NCBI RefSeq assembly: GCF_009914755.1
Contig: NC_060934.1
Source: the human T2T-CHM13v2.0 reference genome, Homo sapiens
DNA: 64,000 nucleotides
Strand: one strand, 5' to 3'
The notes under the pieces: model-generated
Told to the model about the DNA's origin: nothing
Database searches by the model: none
What the model saw: the letters and a program-made list of their open reading frames with translations, nothing else
Shown: positions 1-16,605 of the stretch, piece by piece
Layout: every line of letters begins with the position of its first letter
Position numbering within the stretch: the first letter of the stretch is position 1
Translations under genes and position numbers: made by a program

Positions 1-3707
<3,707 letters not shown>

Positions 3708-3746
3708 TCATTAGTTGATGCAGTTTCTTCCTAGTCTCGATGGTCT

Positions 3747-4763
3747 TTACATTTTGGCATGATTTTGCAGCGGCTGGTACCGGTTGTTCCTTTCCATGTT
3801 TAGCGCTTCCTTCAGGAGCTCTTTTAGGGCAGGCCTGGTGGTGACAAAATCTCTCAACATTTGCTTGTCTATAAAGTATTTTATTTCTCCTTCACTTATG
3901 AAGCTTAGTTTGGCTGGATATGAAATTCTGGGTTGAAAATTCTTTTCTTTAAGAATGTTGAATATTGGCCCCCACTCTCTTCTGGCTTGTAGGGTTTCTG
4001 CCGAGAGATCCGCTGTTAGTCTGATGGGCTTTCCTTTGAGGGTAACCCGACCTTTCTCTCTGGCTGCCCTTAACATTTTTTCCTTCATTTCAACTTTGGT
4101 GAATCTGACAATTATGTGTCTTGGAGTTGCTCTTCTCGAGGAGTATCTTTGTGGCGTTCTCTGTATTTCCTGAATCTGAACGTTGGCCTGCCTTGCTAGA
4201 TTGGGGAAGTTCTCCTGGATAATATCCTGCAGAGTGTTTTCCAACTTGGTTCCATTCTCCACATCACTTTCAGGTACACCAATCAGACGTAGATTTGGTC
4301 TTTTCACATAGTCCCATATTTCTTGGAGGCTTTGCTCATTTCTTTTTATTCTTTTTTCTCTAAACTTCCCTTCTCGCTTCATTTCATTCATTTCATCTTC
4401 CATTGCTGATACCCTTTCTTCCAGTTGATCGCATCGGCTCCTGAGGCTTCTGCATTCTTCACATAGTTCTCGAGCCTTGGTTTTCAGCTCCATCAGCTCC
4501 TTTAAGCACTTCTCTGTATTGGTTATTCTAGTTATACATTCTTCTAAATTTTTTTCAAAGTTTTCAACTTCTTTGCCTTTGGTTTGAATGTCCTCCCGTA
4601 GCTCAGAGTAATTTGATCGTCTGAAGCCTTCTTCTCTCAGCTCGTCAAAATCATTCTCCATCCAGCTTTGTTCTGTTGCTGGTGAGGAACTGCGTTCCTT
4701 TGGAGGAGGAGAGGCGCTCTGCGTTTTAGAGTTTCCAGTTTTTCTGTTCTGTTTTTTCCCCAT
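3747..4763 (-). CDS. ORF1: L1 ORF1p (338 aa RNA-binding/chaperone protein), intact
   Basis: MGKKQNRKTGNSK...RYQPLQNHAKM, full 338 aa. REKG, ARR and YPAKLS motifs are intact. Apparent R101C change in the coiled coil. Confidence 0.97.
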   Translation of the reverse strand: MGKKQNRKTGNSKTQSASPPPKERSSSPATEQSWMENDFDELREEGFRRSNYSELREDIQTKGKEVENFEKNLEECITRITNTEKCLKELMELKTKARELCEECRSLRSRCDQLEERVSAMEDEMNEMKREGKFREKRIKRNEQSLQEIWDYVKRPNLRLIGVPESDVENGTKLENTLQDIIQENFPNLARQANVQIQEIQRTPQRYSSRRATPRHIIVRFTKVEMKEKMLRAAREKGRVTLKGKPIRLTADLSAETLQARREWGPIFNILKEKNFQPRISYPAKLSFISEGEIKYFIDKQMLRDFVTTRPALKELLKEALNMERNNRYQPLQNHAKM

Positions 4764-5669
4764 CTTTGTGGTTTTATCTACTTTTGGTCTTTGATGATGG
4801 TGATGTACAGATGGGTTTTCGGTGTAGATGTCCTTTCTGGTTGTTAGTTTTCCTTCTAACAGACAGGACCCTCAGCTGCAGGTCTGTTGGAATACCCTGC
4901 CGTGTGAGGTGTCAGTGTGCCCCTGCTGGGGGGTGCCTCCCAGTTAGGCTGCTCGGGGGTCAGGAGTCAGGGACCCACTTGAGGAGGCAGTCTGCCCGTT
5001 CTCAGATCTCCAGCTGCGTGCTGGGAGAACCACTGCTCTCTTCAAAGCTGTCAGACAGGGACACTTAAGTCTGCAGAGGTTACTGCTGTCTTTTTGTTTG
5101 TCTGTGCCCTGCCCCCAGAGGTGGAGCCTACAGAGGCAGGCAGGCCTCCTTGAGCTGTGGTGGGCTCCACCCAGTTCGAGCTTCCCAGCTGCTTTGTTTA
5201 CCTAAGCAAGCCTGGGCAATGGCGGGCGCCCCTCCCCCAGCCTCGTTGCCGCCTTTCAGTTTGATCTCAGACTGCTGTGCTAGCAATCAGCGAGATTCCG
5301 TGGGCGTAGGACCCTCCGAGCCAGGTGTGGGATATAGTCTCGTGGTGCGCCGTTTCTTAAGCCGGTCTGAAAAGCGCAATATTCGGGTGGGAGTGACCCG
5401 ATTTTCCAGGTGCGTCCGTCACCCCTTTCTTTGACTCGGAAAGGGAACTCCCTGACCCCTTGCGCTTCCCAGGTGAGGCAATGCCTCGCCCTGCTTCGGC
5501 TCGCGCACGGTGCGCACACACACTGGCCTGCGCCCACTGTCTGGCACTCCCTAGTGAGATGAAACTGGTACCTCAGATGGAAATGCAGAAATCACCGTCT
5601 TCTGCGTCGCTCACGCTGGGAGCTATAGACCGGAGCTGTTCCTATTCGGCCATCTTGGCTCCTCCCCCC
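4764..5669. promoter_or_regulatory. L1 5'UTR internal sense promoter and antisense promoter (CpG island)
   Basis: CpG-dense 5'UTR with an intact YY1 site (GCCATCTTG, ~5649-5657 on +). Antisense splice donors CAG|GTGTGG (5324/5325), CAG|GTGCGT (5409/5410) and CAG|GTGAGG (5472/5473). Confidence 0.85.
5219..5434 (+). CDS. ORF0: L1 ORF0 (71 aa, antisense, primate-specific)
   Basis: ATG at 5219 gives MAGAPPPASLPPFSLISDCCASNQRDSVGVGPSEPGVGYSLVVRRFLSRSEKRNIRVGVTRFSRCVRHPFL*. This matches known ORF0 apart from an apparent C13F change. Confidence 0.88.
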   Translation: MAGAPPPASLPPFSLISDCCASNQRDSVGVGPSEPGVGYSLVVRRFLSRSEKRNIRVGVTRFSRCVRHPFL

Positions 5670-5869
5670 TAGTAATCTTTTCTAATGACAGTCTAGCAAC
5701 AGCCTCAAATCCTTTGTGAAATCCATAGTAGTGTATGTATAAATGAATGAATAAGTGAACAATAAATGAATGCCTATTATTTATTAAAATAACACAGCAA
5801 CAAGAAAAAAATTCTGGTCAAATACAGCGTGGTCTTTGGACATCTGTTTGAACAATAAAATGTTTTCAT

Positions 5870-6300
5870 TCTGAGGGCTTTATGGAGCCTGTATCCCCAG
5901 CATGTCATGTCAGCTTCAAAAGCTGATGAGAGTGCATGATCCACTGGTGCTCTTCACATTTGCTTCAATGAAATTATCATCCAGTTATTGCAAGCATGAG
6001 GTTGGATTTCTCGGGCTTCTGGGCATTGCCAAGTTTGACGGTGGCATGCAGGAAAATGAGGAACAGCATGAAAAATACCCATCCCCTTGGCAAGCATTCA
6101 TCCTGCTCTAATCTGCCACAGCACCCCTGGACTTTTCCAATATTGATAGTCCTCTTTATACAAGTGAATTCTGAAAGCTGTCTCATTAATGCACTGAATG
6201 GATAGTGGTGTTTAACCAATGCCATTTTCCAGGTCTCCTTATCCACGTGTAACAATCCATCATGGGAGTCAGTTTTATTCCTAGGCATTTCTCACTGCAG
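5870..6300 (-). mobile_element. Ancient RTE-clade LINE fossil (MamRTE/L4-like), N-terminal part of RT
   Basis: Degenerate minus-strand translation gives PRNKTDSHDG...ETWK...LYKEDY...AG*MLAK...KSNLMLA...KCEEHQ. These are collinear with RTE RT motifs KNNKAPGxDG...EIWK...LYKKGD...AGKILAR...TDMIF...KCREQ. Confidence 0.45.
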
Positions 6301-6834
6301 AATGTTTCTTCTAGAAACCAAAGCTGCCCTTTCACTTTTTAAAATCATCACTCTTTTCCTCTCTCACAGAGGAGTGTGCCTATATTCTCTGTCTCCCTCC
6401 TCCACTCTCCTTCTCCCTTACTCTGAATGTGTAGGCCCTCTGGGCTCATCTTTACAGGGCTTATGATGTGTTTGACAATCATTGATGCCTGCTAGGCTTC
6501 AGTTCATGGGGTAAGCAATGTCAGGCATGAGCTTTCCTGACAGATTAGAAGATGCTTTGTAACAAGGGGAAAATCAAATCAAATGCTTGTCACAGGGAAT
6601 TCCAAGCTGTGTTGGAAGGCAGAAAGGGCAGGAGAGAAAAGAAATAGTTGGGAGAAAGTGAAAATGCTCTCTAATAAATAAGATGCAAACACCTGAAAAA
6701 CAGCGTCAACCCAGGAGACAATGGACACTGCTTTAAGAGTCTTTAAGGATGTCTTCTGCTTTTATGGCAAACAAGTGAATTTTAACAAGACTGACACACA
6801 AATTTAGAAAACACAGAATGTGGAGATGGTTAAC

Positions 6835-7030
6835 AAAACCATTATGTCACCAACCAATGAAAGTTTATGTAGCCATTAAAAATGTTGATTATGAAAAAAT
6901 TGTAATAATATGGAAAATGCTTTTTAGGTTAGGCTAGGTGGGAAAGTGATACAAAATTACTTTCAGCATGATTACAGCTATGTACATATCATGCATAAAG
7001 AAAAGGATCACTTTATGCCAACAAATTAAA
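6835..7030 (+). mobile_element. Old L1M (L1MC/ME-like) 3' fragment
   Basis: tatgtagccattaaaaatg...atggaaaatgct...atacaaaattac...atgattacagctatg resembles old L1 3' ends. Confidence 0.45.
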
Positions 7031-8329
7031 TCTAGGTGTAGTTCGGGGTGGAGCTCCATAAATTTCCCATATTTTCCACATTTTTTAAAGGGCTAGTCAC
7101 ACTAATTCTGTTGAAAAAATAAAATAAAAAGAAGAAACAACCATGCTTCTTTTTCAAAAGGAAGAAGTCCAAGAAACTTCAGGCCCTAAAGGAAAAGATT
7201 CAAACTAAAAAAGTGTGAGGAAATACAATCAATGTGTTAGCTATTCCGGGTCTGCAGTCTAATGAAAATGGAACCAAAGGAAGAGCCAAGATTAATGAGA
7301 AGGGCAAAGACACAGTAGAGATTTTTAGTAGTAAAGCTAAAAAAAGTGAACAAAGTAAGTTAGACACACTTCATATAAATTATTATTTTTTAATTAGAGA
7401 GAAAAATCTCTTTGAATGTCAGGAATATTTTAAAAACAGTTTTAAAAGATAATTTTTCTTTAATTTTCATTTTTATTTAAAAAGGTCACAGGTGATCTAG
7501 AAACATGAAAGAATAATAAAATATATTGAGAAGGACCTAGGAACTCATTTAGACTAGGAAAATCCATGGATTTTATGTATGTTTCTCAACTAAAAATTAA
7601 TTTAACTATTAAACACATGCCTCTTAGATGTATACAGCTGTAAAAGTGATGACTGTCAAAACTACAGAAGCATGAAAAATACCTACAAGAGATGTTAATT
7701 TTTAAAATGCCACACAACTATATTTGAACACTGATTACAACTATGTAAAATTATATGTGTATAGCAATATAAACAGTTATGCTATGGGGCATGAATCTTT
7801 GTAAATATTTTTCTGTAAAACTGTTTAATATTTAACACAGTTGTATTCTGTAAAAAGATTACTGATATATAGGCCAAATGCATGCAAGCTTTTGGCTCAA
7901 ATTATTTGCAAGCTAGAATAGCAAAATGATCCAAAGATGGCATTCTGGGGTCTTTGGGATTATGTTGAGGACTCTTTAGTTGAAGGGCAGCAGAGGGCTG
8001 AAGTAGCCAGCACAGGCCCCAGACGAGGATGTCCTGCAAACAATTTAAAGAGATCTGCCTTGTTAGAAGGGGAGGGAAAGGCTGAAAATAGCTTGTGTAT
8101 ACCAAGCATCTTCTAAGCACCGGACTGTGTCCTAGGCACCTGTCATATATAGTCTAATTGGATTCATTGGCCATAACTAGCTCCTCCTACCTATGTCAAA
8201 GACTTCTTTTGAATATTCTTTCAATCCTGGGTGTTTTCCTACCAAGTTGAGAAACACTCATCTAATTTTCACTTAATATGAAAGTGGTCCTGGTTGACTT
8301 TCTGGCTCATCTGACACCCCCTCCCCTAT

Positions 8330-8745
8330 GTTCAATCTTTCAAAGCCTTTTCCACTTCAGAGCCTTGCTGTTTCTCCTGCAGGTTTTGATTTACTTTGCT
8401 CTTCAATGCTGGCTCTTTATCCTACAATGCTTTGTTGATATATCACCTCTTCAGAGGGGCTTTTCCTGTTACCCTCTCTAAAGTGTGACTGCACCCCATC
8501 CATCCACCCACACAACTCCCGCAACCACAAGCGCCCATGGTATACTCCCTTTACAGCCCTTACCACAAACAGTGTTAATTTCATTTGTCATTATCCATTT
8601 ATTCATTTACATTTAGTTTCTATTTCACAAGACTAACTTTTTACAGGGTTGAGATATTAGCTGTTGTTGTTAAGCACAGTATGCACAATGTCTGGCATAA
8701 CACCTGTCAAATAGTCGGTGTTTGATACGTATTTGTGGACTTAAT
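8330..8745 (+). mobile_element. L2 3' fragment
   Basis: gccttgctgtttc...ttcaatgc...; ends with cacaatgtctggcata...atacgtatttgtgga, typical of an L2 3' end. Confidence 0.45.
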
Positions 8746-9738
8746 AACTTGCAGACTGATGGATAGATTAAAAGAACAAAACATGCTCCCTTTTCTTTTC
8801 CTTCTCATAAAGGTGTTCCTTAGAGACTATTATACCAGGAGATATCATAAGCTCTCTGAAGCCTTAGAAATGGCATCTCTTTTGTTTGCAAGTATTTAAA
8901 TTTGCCTGGATATCTGAGGGCCAGATTAAGATAGGACAACAGCTTTAGGTCACAATCTTGTGCTAGGTCTGTGACTTTGAGTTAGTTACTAAAACTTCAT
9001 CTTGTTTTGTTTATCAGTATGTGTTGAATGATGAGTAAGTACAAGATATTCAAATAATTTTATTATACGATCAATATTATTTTTGTTATTACAGCTTCTA
9101 TTTTAAAATGATTTCTGGTGATGGTGGAAATAATTAGTCGGTATCAGGTCATTTTTATTTCTGTAACTTGATGTGGACTACATTTAAATTTTATTAGAAT
9201 AAAGATATTAAATCCACTATAAATGTATCAAACTTTAAACTCCATTTAAGGGGATTTTTTTTATAGTGAAAACTCAAAGAGCCTCTTAAATTGTTCAGAT
9301 GACACAATACCCAGTAACAACATTGCAGAACAGTAGAAAATGGAAAACACTGAAAAACAAATCAAGACAACCTACTCTGGATTAAACTTCAGTGTTTGTA
9401 TCTCAAGAAACAAGAAATCCCATGACCTTCATGATAACACAGTATCAGATGCAATTGGCCACCAGCATGTAACTTCTGCACAGCTCATTCCCAAGCAGAA
9501 AACATCAAAGGTTCTTCTCTTGTGAAGTGAAGGAAGGGGAACGTGAAAGGTAGGCAGAGGCTAGATAATTATAGGTAGTAAATATAGGTAATAAAGGTAG
9601 GCAGAGGCCAGATAACCCTTGCAAGAATACAATACCATATCTCACAACTTTGAATTTTTTGGACACCACTCTTTGATGTATGGCGGGATATTACTGTATT
9701 AATGAAAATGAAACACTTCTAAATTTCTAGAATGTATG

Positions 9739-10082
9739 TGCTATAGACTGAATGTTGTAGTCCTTCCTAAATTCACGTTAAAACCCTAATCCACAATGGG
9801 ATTTGGAGGTGGGATCTTTGGGAGGTAATCAGGTTTCAAGTGAGGCAATGAATATGGAGCCTTCATGATGAGAGGCTGAGAAGAGTTGCTTCCTCTCTAT
9901 ACTTTTTGCCATGTGAGGATACAATGAGAAGGTGGCCAACTGCAAAGCAGGAAGAGGGGCCTCACCAAATCTGCTGGCACCTTGACCTTGGACTTTCTAG
10001 TCTCAGAACCGTGAGAAATAAATGCCTGTGGTTTAAACCATGTGGTCTATGGAAATTTGTTTTAGCATCTCAGGCTGAAAAC
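9739..10082 (+). mobile_element. MaLR solo LTR (MLT1A-like)
   Basis: tgctatagactgaatgtt...aaaccctaatcc...ccatgtgaggatacaatgagaaggtggcc...gtgagaaataaatgcctgtggtttaa. Confidence 0.75.
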
Positions 10083-10284
10083 GTTATGTCACAGGAGAAG
10101 CAAAACCTAAGATCTTACCTTCAACTCATGGCCTTTTATGGGAAGCTCACCTCGTTAGGTGATCATCATTTTTAGCATAGCTGTTTTTGGCTCTCTAGTA
10201 TGACCTTCTTAAGTGACAGCTCCTTTAGCTTTGGCATGGCCATTTTGAGTTGATTGTAACTGGTTTATGTTAAGGTGGTGTGAC

Positions 10285-10665
10285 AGTAAGTGCCAGCTAG
10301 GTAATGCTGATAACAAACAATCCCCAAATCTCAGTGATTTTAAACAACGAAGGTTTATTTCTTGCTCACCATACATGTCCACAGAGGGCTGGCTGGGTGC
10401 TCTGCTACTGCACCGTCATTGTCATCATTTTAAAGCTTAGGCTGAAAAGAGCAGTTGTCATGGAGAGGAAAAAAGAGAACATGGTGAATCATGCACCGGC
10501 TCTTAACATTTTCATATGTAAGTATCTCACATCAGTTTCCTCATATTTCACTGGCCAAGGCAAGTGACACAGCCAAGCCTGACTTCAAGGTGGTAGGAAA
10601 ATAAAATCTTCCTCCAGGGAAAGGGGCCATATATGGGGAAATAGTAATACAAGTCTACCAGGTAC
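10285..10665 (-). mobile_element. Old MaLR LTR (MLT1J/K/L-like)
   Basis: taacaaacaatccccaaatctcagtgattttaaacaac-aaggtttatttcttgctcac...cactggccaaggcaagtgacacagccaagcctgacttcaag. Confidence 0.65.
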
Positions 10666-11939
10666 TTGAGTGGAAGTGTGGAATCCTCACTCCTGGGATT
10701 GATTTGTAAAGGTAACCTTCATACATATATACACACAAATATGTATGCATACATACATTCATACAGTGTGTATGTGTGTGTGTGTACATATTCAAGTCTG
10801 GAAATAATTCACTCAGGTTACCATGGCCCGGAAGACTGCTTTGGTGCTGTATGTCTTCTTTTTGGTGTATATCTGTATTTTAAATATCAGTTGAATATTT
10901 GTACCCTAAATCTGATCTTCAGTTTGGTTATTCTGATAACTAGAACAGATGACCACGAGGTCATGTGCTATCCTGCTGCCCAGGTGAACCAGATTAGCTT
11001 CTGACATGAGCAACCATCTTTGAAATGCGGGCCTTTCCTCATGCAGGGCAAATAATGCTTGTTTGAGCTTGGTTTGAGCCAGGGCTCTTAACACAGTGTA
11101 AGCAGTGTGCTCTGGGGAGCTGCTACTAACGTTTGCTCGGGTTTCAATGCTCTCCTAACACATTGGTGCAACCAAACGAGTGTAACGGGGAGGAGTAAAT
11201 AGGACACCTGCAAAGTGCTCTCTGGAGAAAGATGTCCATATAAATGGAAAGTGCTGCCATGTTACTCACTCATTGCTATCTTTAGATTGCAGTCTCAAGG
11301 TCCTTCCTGAGCTGTGCTAAGTGAAATGAGTTTTGGAAATGCAATTTACATCAAGTACCTTTTACTTATCTGTCAATGACAAACTGAGCACTTGACAAAT
11401 TTTCTCCCATGTGATACAGCGTATGCTAATTGACTAGGAGTAAAGCTCTCTAGTAAAAAAGTATGTTTATTACTAGATCTCAATTCCAGCTCATTTTCAT
11501 GATGATATTTTATGATGATGCAGCTGGAGAGAAAAAGTCTATGACAGTGAAGGGATGTGTAGAAAGTGTAAGAGATGCACCATGCTTCTGTTACCTTGCC
11601 ACATTATATTTGTATAGCATAACAATCAAAAGAATTAAAGCTGATGAGAAATACATGAGGCAAAATGAGGCAAAGGAAAATAAGAGTAAAAATGTCAGAC
11701 AGAGCCTTTGTAAGACTGGTCCGTCACAGAGATGTCTTGAGCTCCTGTACATCCGCTAGAACACACTTTGGACTGCAGGTGTTTGGGCACCAATGGAAAG
11801 AGGGAAACACACCCATTTTACAACACACAGTGAACAAAATATTAAAAATAAAAACAAACAATAGAAAAGTGTTTACAAGTCAAACTACTTGTGGTAGAGA
11901 ATTGTCCTTCATGGATTATCTTAGATGCAGAGCTTAAAT

Positions 11940-12160
11940 GATGGTTGAGTCATTTGCCCAGGGACTTAGGTTTGACTCCAAGCTCTGTAATGTATTCACA
12001 CCGTTATTTTGAATGAGGTTATTTGAACTCCTTCAGGCCCTTTTTCTCATCACTAATTAGGAACAACAATTCTCACGTTATAGGATTGTTTTGAGGATTA
12101 TCTTCGAAAAAAATCTATGAAAGAAATTCATCGTTGTGCCTATTTATAGTACTAGCTAAA
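11940..12160 (+). mobile_element. MIR SINE
   Basis: Core-like aggttatttgaactccttcaggccc-ttttctcatc...ataggattgttttgaggatta. Confidence 0.6.
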
Positions 12161-12182
12161 ATTTAAAAATTTTCCCCATTGA

Positions 12183-12575
<393 letters not shown>

Positions 12576-12666
12576 TTAGAGTAGCAGGTGGAATAGGTAA
12601 AGCAACAGGATTGAGTTAGGTGTTTTGGGGATTATAAACTAGAAGTACATTGGGAATAGCTGGAAT

Positions 12667-12935
12667 AGTGTGTCTCAAGTATGTTTCACAAGATTTTACA
12701 TAAAAATGGCTCTTTGTCAAATAGGTTTGGAAAATTATAGGTTAATAAATTAAAAGCTTTTTCTTTCCTTTATGAGTTCTCAGAGGTTTTTGTATATCGT
12801 GTGTGTTCTGAATCTCTGGGGGTGGGAAGGAAGAAATATAATATGTAGCATTTGTCAAACTTGACCAAATAATTATTTCTTCATTGGACATGTTGTGAAA
12901 TTTATGTCCCAAAAACATGCTTAGGAAATGCTGAT
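12667..12935. mobile_element. hAT-Charlie-type MER (MER112-like)
   Basis: Ends resemble agtgt-tctcaagtatgttt ... ttaggaaatgctg; internal gtcaaataggtttggaaa and tagcatttgtcaaactt. Confidence 0.5.
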
Positions 12936-13419
12936 TGAAGGAAGTGGTAGAATTGTCATTCCTTCAGGCAACGGGTCATAAATATCATTTCTATCAACTG
13001 AGTTTTTGAGTTTGAATTTAAGAGTTGGAGTGTCGCTCTGTTCTGACTCCAGTTAAACATGTCATTACTCAAGCTGGTTGGAATAAAGGATAAACTTCCT
13101 TCTGTAAATATTGAAAAAGACTGAGGAGGATGTGTCGTTGACTAGTCTATTTCTTTTCAACAAACTTGTTCAGGTTGGATATGTAAATCATTTTTCCCTT
13201 GAGTTATGGTTCTCTGGGATTTTGGTGGAAGCTTGTGAATTTGGCGGGGGTCTTATGAACATTATGTTGGCTCCATTTTTACTCTTATTTTTCCTTTAAC
13301 TCATTTTTTTCTCCTTTTGTTTCTTATAGCTTTATTTAGCTAGTACTATGAAGAAACAAATGCTGCAGTCTTTGTTGTCTTCCAAGGTACCATTACAGAT
13401 CCTGAGTTCTTGTTAGTAA

Positions 13420-13720
13420 AATATATCTATATATGTTTACATAATCAATACATGCATATACATGCTAATTGTAAATGTTCTAAATTCAGAAGTATACAAA
13501 AGAAAAAGCTTAAGGTTCCTCCTCATTGGGATTTAACATATTCCATTAACATAATAAGTATATAAATACAGTCTTTAAAGAAAACAGGGTTATGTAATAT
13601 ATATTGTTGTACACCTGGCTTTTCTTTACCTTAAAATATCTCCTGGGGAATCTTTCTTTGTCTTTCTAATATACATTTATTCTGTTTAAAACTGCATAAA
13701 ATTTTGTAGTAGGTGTCACA
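13420..13720 (-). mobile_element. Old L1ME-like fragment
   Basis: tatatattgttgtacacctggcttttct...aaactgcataaaatt resembles the reverse of an old L1 3' region. Confidence 0.4.
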
Positions 13721-15229
13721 TTATAAATAAGAAGAGGACCAGTATAACTACAAGATGTGATTTCATAAAGAGAAGTTTGCATAGGGAGGCATGAATTGAA
13801 AAGAATTTTGGGTTGAGGACTCTTGGGATCTTAAGGAAATGGGAGATCCCATTAGTTCCTAGGCTGGGAGAGAGCACGGAATAGCAGAGTTTTAGTTCAG
13901 CTCTGGCAATGAGAGGCATGATAAAATAGTGTTTGTTATGATGCATGTTCCTGCTTTTATGCACTGGGGTTCATGATTTCAAACAAATGCACACATTTAT
14001 AAATTGTAAAACGATGGCCATCAAAGTCACTCTTAGGTTTTTGTTTGTTGCTTCTTCATGAGAATGCTCTCAATTTTTGAAAGCTTCTGAAGGCTATAAA
14101 CTTACATGTTCTCTGGAAGTCAGTCAATGTGTCAATCTTCTCTGCACAAGAAAGAGTTCAGCCCCGGGAATCATCCGGGAAGCGTTGTACCTCTTCCTAC
14201 ATCAATGAGTCCCCTGAGATGTAGAGGATGTTTACAGGCACCTTGCGAGTTCATGCTTTGGGCAATAATACGCTTACATTTTGCCTGGTTATTTCATCTG
14301 GTCCAAACATCGAGAGGTTTTATTATCCCTGATTCCGTTTGTGGCCAATCATATTTTCCGCTTTTCAAGCATCTCCCCGTAAATCACCACCTGTCAGACT
14401 TGATGTGCATTAAGGAAGTCAATGAGTTGTATTTCACTTGTCATGTTTGAAGAGGTGCATGACACTCTATGGTTACTGCTAACTAAAGAAAGAGATGACT
14501 TTTGTGCGCACCGGCTAATTGGTGTCAACTCACATCACCTTGCATTGAGGTGACAGGCACAAATCAGAGCAGCAAAGGGTTGTACCAATCTTGGTCCTAT
14601 CAGGGTCCAGCTGGTATTTCAAAGTTGCCACAATTCAGTATTCAGGACCCCCACACCCTCATCCCAGAATAAAAACAAATTGTGCTTTAAATTGCCTTAA
14701 TCCTCAGGTCAAACAAATTTCAAGGACTCGAATAACTGAGCCCGTATTATCACTGCAGACAACAAGATTGACTCCCTCTTTCTGGCAGTCAACCCTAGGA
14801 GGGATTGTGCTGAGTATAGGACTTAGAAGGGTAATTATGGCAAGGGAACAGCTTTGCTGCCACCAAGTTCTTCTACTGGTGTTTTTGAAGGAGACTTGAT
14901 CCTTACCCACTCCAGTTACTCATGTCTTAAACGTTCAAGAAAAACGGATGAAAGCAATCTCTTCATTCCAGAGATTTCTTTACACATCCCTGTGAACTTT
15001 CCACTTAGAACGCTTAGAAAATGTAATTTTTTTTTTTGAAAAGGAATGAAAAAGAATAGAAGTGGATTGTTTCCAAGAGACTAACAAGTTCTACACAAAT
15101 CCTGGAAGCATAATGCCAGGAGCCTCCACTCACACTAACTACTCCCAGGAACCCTCTTCCACAAGCTTTCTTGGCTCCTTGTCATGCTGCATGTCTGAGT
15201 TTAATACTCCTGGCCATCTCCACCCTAAG

Positions 15230-15480
15230 GCCCTCTCTCTTATCCTTCACCAGGACATTCTGTTTTGTTACTTTGTAACATGTGTCCCAGTCTATAATTA
15301 TTTTGCTCATTAATTGTTTTACTTGTATATCATCTGTTTTCTCCACTAGAATGCAAGCTCCCTAAGGGGGCAGGGATTTTTGCCCAAACAGTTCACTTTG
15401 CCTAAACAGTTCAGTTGCCTAAGTAGCACATGATAGGTGTTTAATTAATACTGAAGTAAGAAAGAAAGGAAGGAAGGAAG
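15230..15480 (+). mobile_element. L2 3' end followed by a short (GGAA)n
   Basis: ctccactagaatgcaagctcc...ggcagggattt...ataggtgtttaattaatactgaa. Confidence 0.6.
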
Positions 15481-16429
15481 GGTGAGAGGAAGCATAGAGA
15501 AAAGGAGGGAGCAAGGAAAAGAGATTAATTTTAGCACAAGGGTCTTTGCTCTAGTGCCTGGAGTTGATGGAATCTCAGCACCTCTGATTCTTGCCGCTGT
15601 GGCCAGGCTCTCTGCTGTCATTGGCCTGAACACTCTGACTCGGTCTGGCTTTTGATTGTAAGATCAACTGCAACTGCGCATGCAGTTAACCTTGTGAGTG
15701 GAAATGGCTGAGCTTCCTTTTTATTATTTATGCATTTGTCCTACCTTACTTATCTATAACAGAAAAAAACAAAAAGTCAGCTCTGGGACTCAGGGATGAA
15801 GCATTCAATAAGGAAGGTCTTGGCAGCCAGTTGTGGGCACGCTGAGGGATGAGGAAGGGGAGAAGAGAAAAAACAGCCTGCTTTTCCCAAACAGCAGATT
15901 CTAACTTTTGTTCTAATTTCACCTTCCACACCCAGCTTGCCGCATGGCCTCCTGTGTCAGGACGGCTGCCAGTTTTAAACACCCACCTAATGAATTTAGT
16001 CAGAGATTTACAAGCAGAAAAATGAAAGAGAACTAAGCCAAGTGCTTAACTTTAATTCAAAACGAATTACCTGATTTCGTTTTAGCGAAAAGCTTCTTAA
16101 GCTTCACAGCAGCATTGGCAGCTTTTCTCAAAGATACATCTTAATATGCGGTTACTTCCATGTAAATTTCAGAGGCTGCTGTTCTTTTATCATGAGCCTA
16201 GAAAGTTTGCAGAAGAGTATTTTGTTTTGTTTTGTTTTTAAACTGCTATGGGGATAGCAACTACCTGCTATGTGGAGATACTATTCCGGTGACAGAATAT
16301 TATGACACAAAGACTTCAGGGATGATGCGGAAGTTATGAATTCTGGCTTGTATGCTGGAAAGCATTCAGATTAGAGCCCATTGTGTTCACCTAAAGGGCT
16401 GGTTTGAAAGGTACCAACCCAGTTCACTC

Positions 16430-16605
16430 TGCAATGCTCTAGAGACACATTGTGGTACATAAGACTCATTTAAGGAACTTGTGAAAATAGCAAGATCAAT
16501 GGGACCCACCCCAGGGATTCTGATATGTAAGAAATGAAGCCCAGGAATGTTTATTTTCCAACATCTCAGGGCATCGTGATATGATGTAGTTTAGAAACAC
16601 TGCTT
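16430..16605. mobile_element. MER5-type DNA transposon fossil
   Basis: gggacccaccccagggattctgat...cccaggaatgtttattttccaac...agtttagaaacactgc. Confidence 0.55.
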
